Of a stretch of 64,000 nucleotides of DNA, positions 52,576-64,000 are shown one piece after another. The notes under the pieces are model-generated. The model had not been told where the DNA came from. It did no database searches and was given only the letters and a program-made list of their open reading frames with translations. The stretch covers positions 4,154,001-4,218,000 of the forward strand of contig MU058213.1 in the NCBI GenBank assembly GCA_013265495.1, in the 5' to 3' direction. The stretch comes from Vicugna vicugna (taxonomy: Eukaryota). Both the position numbers and the translations under genes were made by a program. Every line of letters starts with the position of its first letter. The stretch's first letter is position 1.

Positions 52576-54157
52576 TGACATAAGACATGAGTACCTACTT
52601 CACAGTGTTTATTATAAAGAACATCTGAAATAATGCATAGGAAGTTCCTGGCACTGATTAAATGATCAGGATATGTTAGGCAACATCATTATTTATCTTT
52701 AGATCCAGATTGAGTAGCATAATGCTTAGCACACAGTGAGCAAATAGTGAACACCTTTGAGTTTTTTCAGCCAGGCGTTCACTCCATTTTTACTGGTAAG
52801 AACACCTGACCAGAAGAAAGACTGACTGTTAGTTCCTGTTACCTGGATACTTAGAGATGTTTTGATTCCTGTCCTTTTCACAGCCTGGTGTTGAACTTTT
52901 CTTTTAATATGTTGTGCTATTCCACATCCTTGAGTGTATTTCTTCCTTTTGTTTATGGAGAAATAGAAATAAGACTGAAATAGAAATTGACTTCTAGAAG
53001 TATCTGTTACAAATGACACTTGGAATGACAGTGTGAAGTTTAAGGGTCGTGGTGAGGCAGGAGGCAGTGTGGAAGGATGGCTCCCTTCACAATCATGTAC
53101 AATCATGTTGTATCTAGAGACTTGGGCAATGTGTCTACCCAGGCTGGAGATTTGGGAGATTCGGTAGAAAAACGTCATCTGCTTAGACTGGGTTAGATAT
53201 TTTTTTTTCAGCTTGAGATAAGTTACTAGAAGTAAGAGACAATTAACTCATCAGAAAGTAGAGAGAGAACAGAAACTGCTAAGGGAAGCTATTTTTCTCT
53301 ATGGCCAGGGACCAAGGAGTCAGTAGACAGATAATTTTTGCACTTTGCTCATTTGGCAAAGCCAGATTCTCTCCAAGATACAGTTAGTGGAAGCAAAGTC
53401 CAGAGTGCTGGGAACTTAAGAGGAGATAAGATGGTTCTCAGGGGAAACTCTCCTAAGAACTCCTTTCCGGGTTTTCCTTGTGTGGTGAAGTCTTCATTTA
53501 CCTTCCCTATAGAGCCCAACTACTGAAAAACATAGGATGGGGAAACCAGATTGGTTTTGTCTCTTCCAACTTTAGCTATTGTTTGTCTTTGCCCTGAGGA
53601 AATGCACAAAGTGGAGGCATTATGGCTTAAGGCTGGAGAGAAGGGTGGAGCCCTAAGGCCTGTTGCTTTGAGAGAGGACATCTCAGTGTTGGATATAGAT
53701 GGAAAGCCTACTACATTTCTAAATAAATAAATTACCGGAAAACTGTTGACCAACCTAAGACGATATCCAGGCCCCTGAACTCCTTTTTAATAGAAAAATA
53801 GGCTCACAAGTTAGTTTAGCCCCATAAATGAGTGCTCCCCATTGTCCTTCTCAGATGTGACCCAGTGGACACTCTCTTCCCAGAGGATAAAGCCAGAGTC
53901 AGCTACTTTGGCTGACCAAGGAATTCACTCCATTGCTGGGGTAAGGAGTGAGTTTTATACCTAGGAAGAAGGATGTGACCAATGCTGTTGGACAATGACT
54001 ATTCTAAGTCATTGTTCCTCCTCTCTTTTCCACATAGGAATTTTTTTAAAAACTTGTTAATTAAGGTATCCTGACCTTTTTGCACAATTTTAGCTTAGGT
54101 TAAATGTATCATTTAGCCATAGGTTGCCGGCACACACAAGATATTCTAGACCAACCT

Positions 54158-54655
54158 GAGAGCAGGGTTCTCCAGAGAAACCAAACCAAAGGGATATATA
54201 GAGATTTATTATGAGAGATTGGCTCACGTGACTTTGGAGGCTTAGGAGTCCCAGAATCTGCTGTCTGCAAACTGGAGACCTAGGAAAGCCAGTGGTGAGG
54301 TTCCAGTCCAAAGTCAAAGGTCTGAAGACCTGGAGAGCCAGTGGTGCCAGTCCTAGTCCAAGCCCATAGGCCTGAGAACTAGGAGCCCTGATATTCAAGG
54401 ACAGGAGAAGATGGACGTCCCAGCTCAAGCAGAGAGAGCAAACATGCTCTTTCTCTGCCTTTGTGTTTTACTTAGGCCCTTAATGGAATGGATGATGCCC
54501 ACCTGCAATGCTAAGGGAGCTCTTTACTCAGTCTACTGATTCAAATACTAATCTCTTCCAGAAACACCCTCACAGATACCCCCAGAAATAATGTTTTACC
54601 AGCTATCTGGGAATACCTCAACCTAGTCAAATTGACACATAAAATTAAATGTCAA
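54158..54655 (-). mobile_element. MLT2 (ERVL) LTR
   Basis: cagggttctccagagaaacc...gattggctcac...ctaatctcttccagaaacaccctcacagata...ttgacacataaaattaa. Confidence 0.88.
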
Positions 54656-54849
54656 ATGCACACAGCTGAGAGAACCTAGAGCTGGGTACAATAACTGGCA
54701 CAGAGCCGGGGGAGGAAGGGAGCTTTGGGGGGTGCACGGAAGAGCTGCACTGTTATGGGTGGGAGCACTTACGATATCGCATGCACGGAAGGAAGAGTGT
54801 GTGTGTGGATACTGAACTGCAGGAAGATTATAGTGGAAAGTTATTGTTT

Positions 54850-55765
54850 TTGCCTGTTCTGCATCCCAATTTTCCTTTATAAAACCTTTCTCACCCATTG
54901 AGCAAAACAGTTCTAGAAGGGCTAAACCTATACTTCTCCAGCTCAGCTGGCAGGTCACTCAGACCTAGTGTGTTAATTTATTCCATCTCCCTGGCTCAGT
55001 GAATGATTTAGGAAAGCTTATGCAATCCAAGTTAGATCAATAAATTCAACCACAGACTTTTGATGGAATTATTGGGGAAAAGACACACTCTCTACACAGG
55101 GACTGCTTGGATGATAGCAAGTAAGTTTGTAGCTCTCAGAAATCAGCATGCCAACTTTTGGGGGGAGAATGGTGGTTGGACAGAGAAAAGCAGAGAGAGA
55201 ACAAGAGCCAATAAATATTCCCTTTGCTTAGCCATTTGGAGAAGGTGCAGTGGATGCTGGAGCCCAGCACTTTGTGAACACTCTGCCTTTGGAGAGGGAG
55301 TTTCCTTCCTTCCTTGCAGCTGAGCAGAAGCATGTGACCCAGGCCCCACCAGTCACCCTTATAAAACTTCCTTTGAGAAGACACTAATGTGAGGAAGAGA
55401 TGCCACATGGAATCCATTTTTGCCAGTGTGAGGGGCACCACTGCCCCTTGGCCTTCAGAGGTGGCATTGCTAAGTTTCTGGTAACAGAGCTGGCAGCAGC
55501 ATCTGCACCAGCAAAGCCCAGCTCCTGCTGGCACTGGAGAATGCAGCGCTGAGTGCGAGGAGCGGGTTGTGGAGGCAGCAGCGTGTTCTCGGGCTACTTC
55601 TGATGCCTTTTCTCGGCGGCGTCCTAGAAGTTCAGCCTTGAACCTAGCTCTCAAGTCCTTCTGGCAACTCTGTGACCTACCAAATATCCTTAAAGCCTTT
55701 TCTTTTCTGCTTAACCAATTAGATTTCTGTCATTACCAGCTGAAACTTCTGGTACTAATATAACA
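54850..55765 (+). mobile_element. Old MaLR/ERVL LTR fragments
   Basis: gagccaataaatattccc (~55205); terminus ttttctgcttaaccaattagatttctgtcattaccagctgaaac...actaata. Confidence 0.5.
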
Positions 55766-55799
55766 ACCAGTAAAAATCTGCTATATAGGTGATAAATGA

Positions 55800-55970
55800 A
55801 TGACTGTTCTGTGAGTTCGGCATTATTACCCCATTTTACAGATGAAAACTAGGTCCAGTAATATTAAGTGCATCCTGCCCAAGGCCACACAGCTGGTAAA
55901 TCCTGAAGCAGAGATTTGAGTTTTAGTCTTTTTTTTAATCCCCAAAGTTCATGCTTTTTAGTATGCCATT
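55800..55970 (-). mobile_element. MIR
   Basis: attaccccattttacagatgaaaact...tgcccaaggccacacagctggtaaat. Confidence 0.85.
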
Positions 55971-55995
55971 TGAAACACGCTTTCAGAAATAATCT

Positions 55996-56512
55996 TGTGG
56001 CAGAGAGAGTAGATTGGCTTGCTCAGAATTCATCCCATTCTCCTCCTAGTGTGGTGCTAAAAATGAGATTTCCCAGACTCATTTGCAGCTAGGAATATGA
56101 TGTAGGCTCCACCAATTAGATGCACTTGTGTGAAAGTTAAATTTAGAACTGAGTCAAGTAGGAAGGAAGGAAGGGCTTCTGGCTGATGGCACCAATCAGG
56201 TACATATGGTTTGGGACCAACAATTGAGGCTACAACTTTCTGATTCTTGAATTTTGGCAAAAAGTCGTATGATCTTGGAACTGGCAGGCGGCACACAGGA
56301 TTCTTGATTCCCCGTCTTCCTGAATGTTGCAGAGACAGCTCTCTAAACAGGTCAGCTCTGGGTGGTGTCCTGGAAGTCACTCCTGGAGGGCCATCCTCGA
56401 GCCCACTCCTCCATCCCCTGTAACAGTGAGCATCTGATTCCCCGCATCCAATCCTTTTCTGCTTAAATGACTAGACTTTGGTTTCTATCTGCTTCTGAAT
56501 CGTGCCTAATAC
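55996..56512 (+). mobile_element. LTR33-like ERVL LTR
   Basis: gatttcccagactcatttgcagctagg...ctccaccaattagatgcac...aatccttttctgcttaaatgactag...ctaataca. Confidence 0.7.
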
Positions 56513-56850
56513 AAGCATGTCGAGAGGTCAAGTACTGTATTTCCAAGCGGCAGTGCACAGAGATTCTTACCTTTTCTCAGAGTCGCAATGAAGGGGGGAA
56601 AGAATGTACTTGACGTGAATTGATACATAGAAGTAACAGGTACATTGGCCTTTCCAGTCTTGGCACATTTGTGTCTCAGGAAACTGAATGTATCAGTCAG
56701 GGTACAGGCAAGCACTACATGGCTCACTCAGACTCCTTCATTTGAGGAGGCTTGCATAAAGACTAACTTTCAAAGGAGGAGGAGGAGGACATAGAGAACT
56801 ACAAGGATCATGCAGTGCCTCTAGACCTGAAGTAGCAAGAGAAGGGAGCC

Positions 56851-57215
56851 TGTTACAAAATGAATGTTTGTGTCTCCCTCAAAAATCATATGTCGAAATT
56901 CCAACCCCCAGTGTAACAGTACTAGAAGGTGGGCCCTTTGGGGGTAATTAGATCATGAGGGTAGAGCCGCCAGTGAATGTGATCAGTGCCCTTACATAAG
57001 AGGCCCCAGAGGGCTCTCTAGCCCTTCCTCCACCATGTGGGGATACAGCAAGAGGTCGGCAGTCTGCAGTCAGAAGTGAGGTCTCATCAGACACCGTATC
57101 TACTGGCACCCTGATCTTAGACTTCCAGTCCCTAGAACTGTAAGAAACAAATTTCTGTTGTTTATAAGCCACTCAGTTTACAGCACTTTGTTACAGCAGC
57201 CCAAACTGACTAAGA
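56851..57215 (+). mobile_element. MaLR LTR (MLT1A/B-like)
   Basis: tgttac...tgaatgtttgtgtctccc...gacttccagtccctagaactgtaagaaacaaatttctgttgtttataagcc...cagcagcccaaactgactaaga. Confidence 0.88.
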
Positions 57216-59186
57216 GCCATTGTGGAAACCTGGAGACAGTGGCTAGAGAGGATGCCTTCCAGAAGCTGTGACCTTAGGTTGAGGGATGCAGCCAGCTCAC
57301 AGCAACCTCATACTCTGCCTTCCTTTCCATCTCCTGCCCAGTTGCTAACCCATCTGGAAGTCAGAGGACAAGAGCCTGTGCTGTAATCCTTCAAGGACAG
57401 GGTGGAGAAAAATGGACAGTCCATTTGAGGAGCAAATGGGAGGTGCCCAGCACAACAAGTGAAAAATCAAGCACCCCCGTGTGGAAAGAGACCAGAGAGA
57501 CTGTAGGTTGAAGAGTGTTGGTGCTACTGAATTTTATAATGCTCACAGGTTGAGTTCATTCATTCTTTTTAAATATGATACAATCTGCTTTATAGGATTT
57601 AAGGGCATTTTCCCCAGGTCAGCACAGAATGTCGCAGAGTGTGAGAAGTGGAAGCATCTGAGAGATCTCGCTGAACACTTCTCATTTCATCGATGAGTAA
57701 ACTAAGACTTAGGAAAATGAGATAAATTCCTCCAATAGCCGAAAACATTGCAGAGCCAGAAGGCACACCCAAGTCTAATGATACTCAGTGAAGAACTATC
57801 TGCAACTAAAGTCCTTGTGGACACAATTTATGCCCATCGAAAAGGGCTGGGCTGGGATGTGGCTGCAGTCTCAGTCTCGAGGATCCCTATGCCTTGGTTT
57901 CATTTTTCTCTTCATTTTAAACATTTACCTGAGAAACTGAATTGCAAAGACACTTTTCCTAAAAATAACCAGAAGCTATGCAGGAAGAAATTAGCATAAT
58001 GTATTTTATCTATAATTTACAGTGTGTAATCTAAAAATGCGCGACAAAGCAATGCTAGTAGTGCAGAGAAAACTCCCCTGGGATATTTGGTTCCATTTAA
58101 AAACACCTCAGTATGGGGGGATGTGGGAGCAGCAGCCTGTGACACACTTCCATCAGGGCAAAATGTTATTCCAGTGATTCACAGCAAGAGGCCTGACAAA
58201 CACTGTGAGTCGATATAAAGGTTCTTGCCATCAGGATAAAATGAGAATTGCAGTGGGTGGTCCCATTCTAGCCTCATGTCTCTTTCTACTTCTGTCCTGG
58301 CTTAGGTGGTTGCCCTGGAAACAGTGGGGTGGCAAACAAAACCATGCGGAATAACTTTTAGGGAACCTTATGCATGAAGGCCTAATTTTTATTTGCTGCT
58401 GCCTTTTTTCTCTTCTTAAAGGGTGGCTTTTCCAAGGCGCTCATTCCCTGAGAGGGTGTGCTCTTCAGACTACCTTAAAAGCTAATTCATTTTAAAGTCT
58501 TTGGCAAGGTCCATTTGGAGGGCTGGGCAGAGTTTGGTGGATAGCAGGGGAAAGGGACTTTATTTCTCGCTATTCAGCTTTGGATCCCGACACAGATGGT
58601 CCTGATCTCCTCCTCCCCCACCTAGGAATTTTTCTAAAATGACACCCAAGTTTTTCTTGGCAGAAGTTATAATTCCTGGCAAACAGTTCACTGCAGCTCT
58701 AATTATGATGACAGCTTTAATGGAGAAGATAATCATATTAAATGGTTCTTATTCAGTTCCATGTGATGAATTAGTGATTACCATGAAATGTGTTAAGCAG
58801 CCAAAAATAAGGGGAAAGGATAATTTACCGAGCTACAAGTTGAGGTTTGAGCGATTCCAAAACTGGGTGGGAGATAGGACAAAATGACCTTTAAAGAGGA
58901 GATAATGATTCTAGTATCTTTCGTGGCCTATTTACTGATTAAGACACCTCTTTTGCCTGATGTCCCTGTTAAAGAAAACACTCATTCTGACACATGTTAA
59001 AATGGTAAAGAAGACGTTATTCAAGATCGTTACAGTAGAAGCTGACTCTACTGCAACAGGAGAGAGAGAGATGGGGCTCAACTCCCAACATAACAGGACA
59101 AGTGGGGATTTACAGCCAATGAGCAAAGTGAGGGAGTCAGTGGATTGAAAATCACTGAGAGGAGACATCAAGAGTCAGGGTATTCT

Positions 59187-59669
59187 ACTACTCAGCCATA
59201 CAAAAGAATAAAATAATGCCATTTGTAGCAACATGGATCAACCTAGAGATTGTTATCCTAATTAAAGTAAGCCAGAAAGAGAAAGAAAAATACCACATGA
59301 TATCACTCATATGTGGAATCTAAAAAAAAAAGGAAAAAAGAGGACACAATGAACTCATCTACAAAACAGAAACAGACTTGCAGACATAGTAAACAATCTT
59401 AGGGTTACCAGGGAAAGGGGGTGGGAAGGGATAAATTTGGGAGTTTGAGATTTGCAAATGTTAGCTACTATATATTAAAATAGATTAAAAGCAAAAAAAG
59501 CCAAGTTTCTTCTGTATAGCACAGGGAACTATATTCAATATCTTGTAATAACCTTTAATGAAAAAGAATATGAAAACGAATATATGTATGTATATGCATG
59601 ACTGGGACATTGTGCTGTACAGCAGAAATTGACACATTGTAACTGACTGTACTTCAATTGAAAAAAAAG
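59187..59669 (+). mobile_element. 5'-truncated L1 3'UTR
   Basis: actactcagccatacaaaagaataaaataatgccattt...gacacattgtaactgactgtacttcaattgaaaaaaaa. Confidence 0.9.
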
Positions 59670-59685
59670 AGAGTACGGGCATTCT

Positions 59686-60005
59686 CTAAAAAATATGAGA
59701 CAAATGAACTTACTTACAAAACAGAAACAGACTCAGACAGAAAACAAACTTGTGGTTACCAAAAGGGAAAGGGCGGTAGAAGGATAAATTGGGAGTTTGG
59801 GGTTTGCAGATACTAACTACTATATAAAAAATTGATAGCAAGTTCCTACTGTTTAGCACAGGGAACTATATTCAGTATCTTGTAAAATCCTATAATGAAA
59901 AAGAATATGAAAAGGAATATATATATGTACAACTGAATCACTGTGTGTTGTACACTAGAAATTAATATAACATTGTAAATTAACTATACTTCAATTTAAA
60001 AAAAT
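59686..60005 (+). mobile_element. Second 5'-truncated L1 3'UTR
   Basis: acaaatgaacttacttacaaaacagaaacagactc...aactatacttcaatttaaaaaaa. Confidence 0.9.
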
Positions 60006-60225
60006 AGAGTAAGGGGATGCTTTTTTAATGGGATTCCTGCAAAAGGCAGGTGAAGGACTTACACATCAAAGGTGAGGGATGAGGGACTTGATCAGATACG
60101 GAAAGTGATCAGATATCAATAATTGGGGATCTTTACTACTAAACTCACTCAGTAAGGACTCTTGTTAAAACTGGTCTAGGCATGTGAAGACAAGACAAGA
60201 CTACAATGGTAGCCTGAGAGCTTGC

Positions 60226-63200
60226 CAGCCCTTCCTCTTGTTCAAGAAAAGAAGAGACGTTTTTCTGTCCTCTGAACAATATAAGTCCATTTCTTGTTCA
60301 ATCTCCTTCTGTTCATTAAGGACCAGCTGAACTATCTGTTGGGACTTGGTAGTAGAGGATATTTACTGGATAGTGCAAATTATCAGGCATTTAATAAGGG
60401 GAATTAATATGAAAATAAAAAGAAAAGCAAATATTAATGGTTGAAGCAGACTATATTTCTGAGTTCAGAAATCAGAAGATTCCTTGATGTTGAGCTCAAA
60501 GGATCTTTAGATGGTGTAGAAAGAACAACAGTGGCAATCTGACAGATTTCCAGGTTTGCAATTTGAGTATCGTTGATGATGGCACAGACATCCATGTAAC
60601 AGTCGTGGTTATTTCCCAGGGCAAGCGTGGAGCACGTGGAACATTCAGCTCTCTTCCTGAGTAGCCACCACAGCAGCTCCAGGCATGAAGGTGGCCTGTC
60701 TTCCAACTTCAGCTTGCAAAGACAGCCAAGAGTTCCAATAAGGAAGTGGACAGTCTGGCTTTGGTTCTCAGCAACACCAACTTAGGAAAGTGGGAGAAAA
60801 ATTGGAAATGACAAGTTGGAGAGTTGTAGCAAGATATTGGAGGAAACTGGAAGAATCCAGGATTTAGTAAGGACTGACAAAACGTGCAAGATGGCAGGAT
60901 TTGGTCCCATTTACAAGTAGATAACAAACCTCAAAGGTAATAAACAGGGCTACAGTCTGATAACCCACAGGGATATGCTACAGTCTTCCACTGACACATG
61001 AGACTTCTCTCTACACCTACCCTTTTTTTCATTATTCTTAAGTCTGGTCTCATTCAGTTTGGCCTATTATTTACATAAGTGCAACAAGAAGAGTAACCGA
61101 CCACATAGATCTCTGAAAGTTTGCTCTGCTGGAACTCTTCACAAATAATCTCGAATTCGATTTTTAAAACGTTTTCAAAGCCAGGAAACCAAGCCAAGAA
61201 CTTGCCACCATGTTTCATCTGTAGAACCTATATATTTGGGTGCATTTCTCTCTTCCCTAGGTCCCCAAAATATCCTAAACTTCCTGGGCTTGCCGGGAAG
61301 TGAACTTCCTTATTCACCTCTAAGTTTTGGAACCCTGTAAACCAGATACTAGCCCCGTTTTCCCAAAAGAACTTTGTAAGCGTTGGCTCCATGAAGTCAA
61401 CTTCAGTTTCATATATGATTCTAAGCATAATATTCTCAAATATGACATTCCAGTCAAAGCCTTGCTTATATAACCAATGTTTCCAATTATGTCTTGTTCA
61501 AAGAGGACAGATTCTTACTGAACTTACACAAATAATTATATTGCCATTAAAATGAGAATATTCGATAAGAGTTTCTGAATTCTGGAGGGATCAGACAGGG
61601 GAAAATGATAAATGTTTCACTTCTGTTTATAAAAGTATTATCTTCTAAATTGTGAGTGATACTTATGAGAAAAAAATCCAGCAGCAGTATTCCAAACAAA
61701 GGCTATAATCATTGTCCATCAGTTCATTCAGGCTCATGCAATTAATTCTTATTCTGCTTGGTTGTAGGTTAGCAGTTTTATGAACCCATCAGATTCTTTA
61801 CTTGAGCTCTGGAAATCCTTTCTCAGTTGAATCCCATCAGAAGCCTGTATCCCGGAGACCTATCATAGTCCTTTCCATGGGTCTCGGAGACAATCTCTTC
61901 TTGTTCAAGATAAAGCACTCTGGCCAATAGCAGATTGCAAGTGCTTTTAAAGAAGAATCAGAGTTAAACAAAAACTATCTGTTGATGACAAAAGACTTAA
62001 AATGGCAGTGGTTAAAGATCTGATGACAATTCACTATAAAAATTATGCAGCTGACAAGGGAATTTGGTTATTTCTGTGGCATAAAACATTTAAAATAATA
62101 ACTGGAATTATGACTGATAACATTACACCAGAATATATCATATACAGTGAGGGCACTGATAAATCTGATACAATATCTTGAACACTTACACTAACAAAAT
62201 TTTATTCATGCAACTATAACCTAGAGAAAGTTAAGGCATCTGATATTTGACAGTGCTTTTCATGCAATGAACATATCAAATAAACCAAATTGGTTTTTGG
62301 CATCTCTCCTTTTACAAGATCAAAGAAAAAAATCCTTTGAGATTTTTCAAGTCATCTGAGAAAACTCAAACTCAGTTCAAAATGAAGATTTCGCCCAGGG
62401 TTTGATTCTGGGAAGGTAAAATTGTCCCAAATGTCAAAAGGTTTGAATACTTGGCTAAACATTATCCCAGGTTACTGTGAAACAATACTTAGCTATCTAT
62501 TTAACCAAAGCAATGATAAAAAGAATTCAAAAGTAAATATGGGTGATAACATGACTATTTAAAAAAAGAGTTAGCTCCTTTAAAAGTGATAAGAACTGGT
62601 TGTCTTAAATAATTAAGGACATTATAAAGGTTAGTATAAAGCTCAGGAAATTATGATGATAGGGCAGTATCCTTGTTTCCTAGGGGATGACTTATCAGGT
62701 AAAGAAAACTCTCTTACAATCTCTTATTAAGAGCAGACCAATAATCAAAAAAACTTTCTTATTTCAACAGAGAGAAAATCAAATTCTAGTTATACATCAA
62801 GGTACTTTTGAAATTAAAGTTTTTTTTTAAACCCTATAAATAAATTTATCCAACCTTAGCCAACTTTGACCACAGGAGATAAGATTCCTTTTCCAAAATT
62901 CCTTTCTTGCGAACCTTCTACAACTATTTATATCTGTTCAGATTTTGTCTTATATTTTCCTCCTTTACTTGATGACAAAAATACTATCTTGTTCCCTTAA
63001 CAGAAACCCATCCTACATACGTTGTATACTTTTTTCTTATCAGAAATAAAATCTACTGTCCTTGCATACTTTTCATACAAAGTTGTATCCCTTGATCCTT
63101 ATTGTTTCTAGTAGTTTTATTTACATATATTGATGATAACATTTAACCATTATTAGCCTTTTTAATTTTATTTTGGGGGGGGAGGTAATTAGGTTTGTTT

Positions 63201-63517
63201 GTTTGTTTTTAGAGGAGGTATGGGGGATTGAACCCAGGACTCATGCATGCTAAGCATGTGCTCTACCACTTGAGCTATACCTTCCTCCACCTTTTTTTTT
63301 TTTAAACAGAGCAAACTACAAAGTAAACAGTTGTGAATTGTCTGTCATATACCACCACTCTGCAGCAGACTAGTAAATTTTATGAATATATCCTCTTACA
63401 ATTGTTATAGGTATGGGTTTCCTGATAGTGCAATTTTTCAATGTGTCAAAAAGAAGATGTTTATTAAAAGACTCAAATATATTTAGCCTCTCTGTGCCAT
63501 ATAAAAATAAGAAGCCA
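60226..63517 (-). mobile_element. ERV1 internal region (MER4-group-like, AT-rich, no recognisable intact ORF)
   Basis: Directly adjoins the LTR; phrases such as tctcattcagtttggcctattatttacataagtgcaacaagaa and tatgacattccagtcaaagccttg resemble MER4-group internal sequence. Confidence 0.65.
63159..63291 (-). mobile_element. tRNA-derived SINE (Vic-1-like, camelid)
   Basis: Minus strand reads gtatagctcaagtggtagagcacatgcttagcatgcatgagtcctgggttcaatcccc followed by (aaac)n, ctaattacctccccccc and an A-rich tail. Confidence 0.88.
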
Positions 63518-64000
63518 TACCATATGACCCAGCAATCCCACTCCTGGGCATATATCCAGAGGGAACCTTAATTCACAAAGATAACTGCACCCCAATGTTC
63601 ATAGCAGCACTATTTACAATAGCCAAGACATGGAAACCACCTAAATGTCCATTGACAGATGACTGGATAAAGAAGTTGTGGTATATTTATACAATGGAAT
63701 ACTATTCAGCCTTAAAAAATGATAAAATAATGCCATTTGCAGCATCATGGATGTCCCTAGAGAATGTCATTCTAAGTGAAGTAAGCCAGAAAAAGAAAGA
63801 AAAATATCATATGATATCACTCATATGCGGAATCTAAAAAAAAAAGACAAATGAACTTATATATGAAACAAAACAGACTCACAGACATAGAATACAGACT
63901 TGTGGTTGGCAGCGGGGAGGAGGGTGGGAAAGGATAAACTGGGAGTTCGAGATCTGCAGATACTGACTGGTATATATAAAATAGATAAACAAGTTTATAC
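63518..64000 (+). mobile_element. Young 5'-truncated L1 (ORF2 C-terminus plus 3'UTR), runs off the window
   Basis: ORF 63595..63837 MFIAALFTIAKTWKPPKCPLTDDWIKKLWYIYTMEYYSA is an uninterrupted ORF2p C-terminal segment. Confidence 0.93.

Larger units (their letters stand above)
58967..60225 (-). mobile_element. ERV1 LTR (MER31-like, tentative) split by two L1 tails
   Basis: Starts tgttaaagaaaacactcattctgacacatgttaaaatggt; LTR sequence at 58967-59186 and ~60006-60225. Confidence 0.65.

Noticed and set aside
52726..53178. 150-aa minus-strand ORF
   Set aside because: No recognisable domain or exon structure; compatible with chance
55136..55654. Longest ORF in the track (172 aa)
   Set aside because: Lies in LTR-derived sequence, non-ATG start, no recognisable domain

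Overview
Mammalian non-coding genomic DNA: AT-rich, CpG-depleted, no CpG island, and dominated by layered transposable-element fossils (L1, L2, MIR, CR1/L3, MaLR/ERVL/ERV1 LTRs and internal regions, Tigger1 and hAT MITEs). Two short tRNA-derived SINEs resemble the camelid Vic-1 family, so the source is probably alpaca/llama/camel (inference). I can support no intact protein-coding gene, RNA gene or CRISPR array. The ORFs I could assign are decayed TE frames; the rest are short and unrecognised. I found no convincing novel biological system. The most notable structures are: (1) a TSD-bounded, 3'-truncated L1 (5'UTR plus start of ORF1) with an apparent ~150-bp 5' transduction at 970-2523; (2) an ERV1 env remnant with immunosuppressive domain and CX6CC motif at ~25.2-25.7 kb; (3) two L1 tails apparently inserted one after the other at one target site, leaving three TSD-like copies at 59.2-60.0 kb; (4) a recent 81-bp tandem duplication at 26670-26831; (5) unverified exon-like candidates in repeat-poor islands, including a 21-nt microexon-like segment. 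Repeat family names come from recalled consensus sequences, not a search, and boundaries are approximate unless a TSD is quoted.
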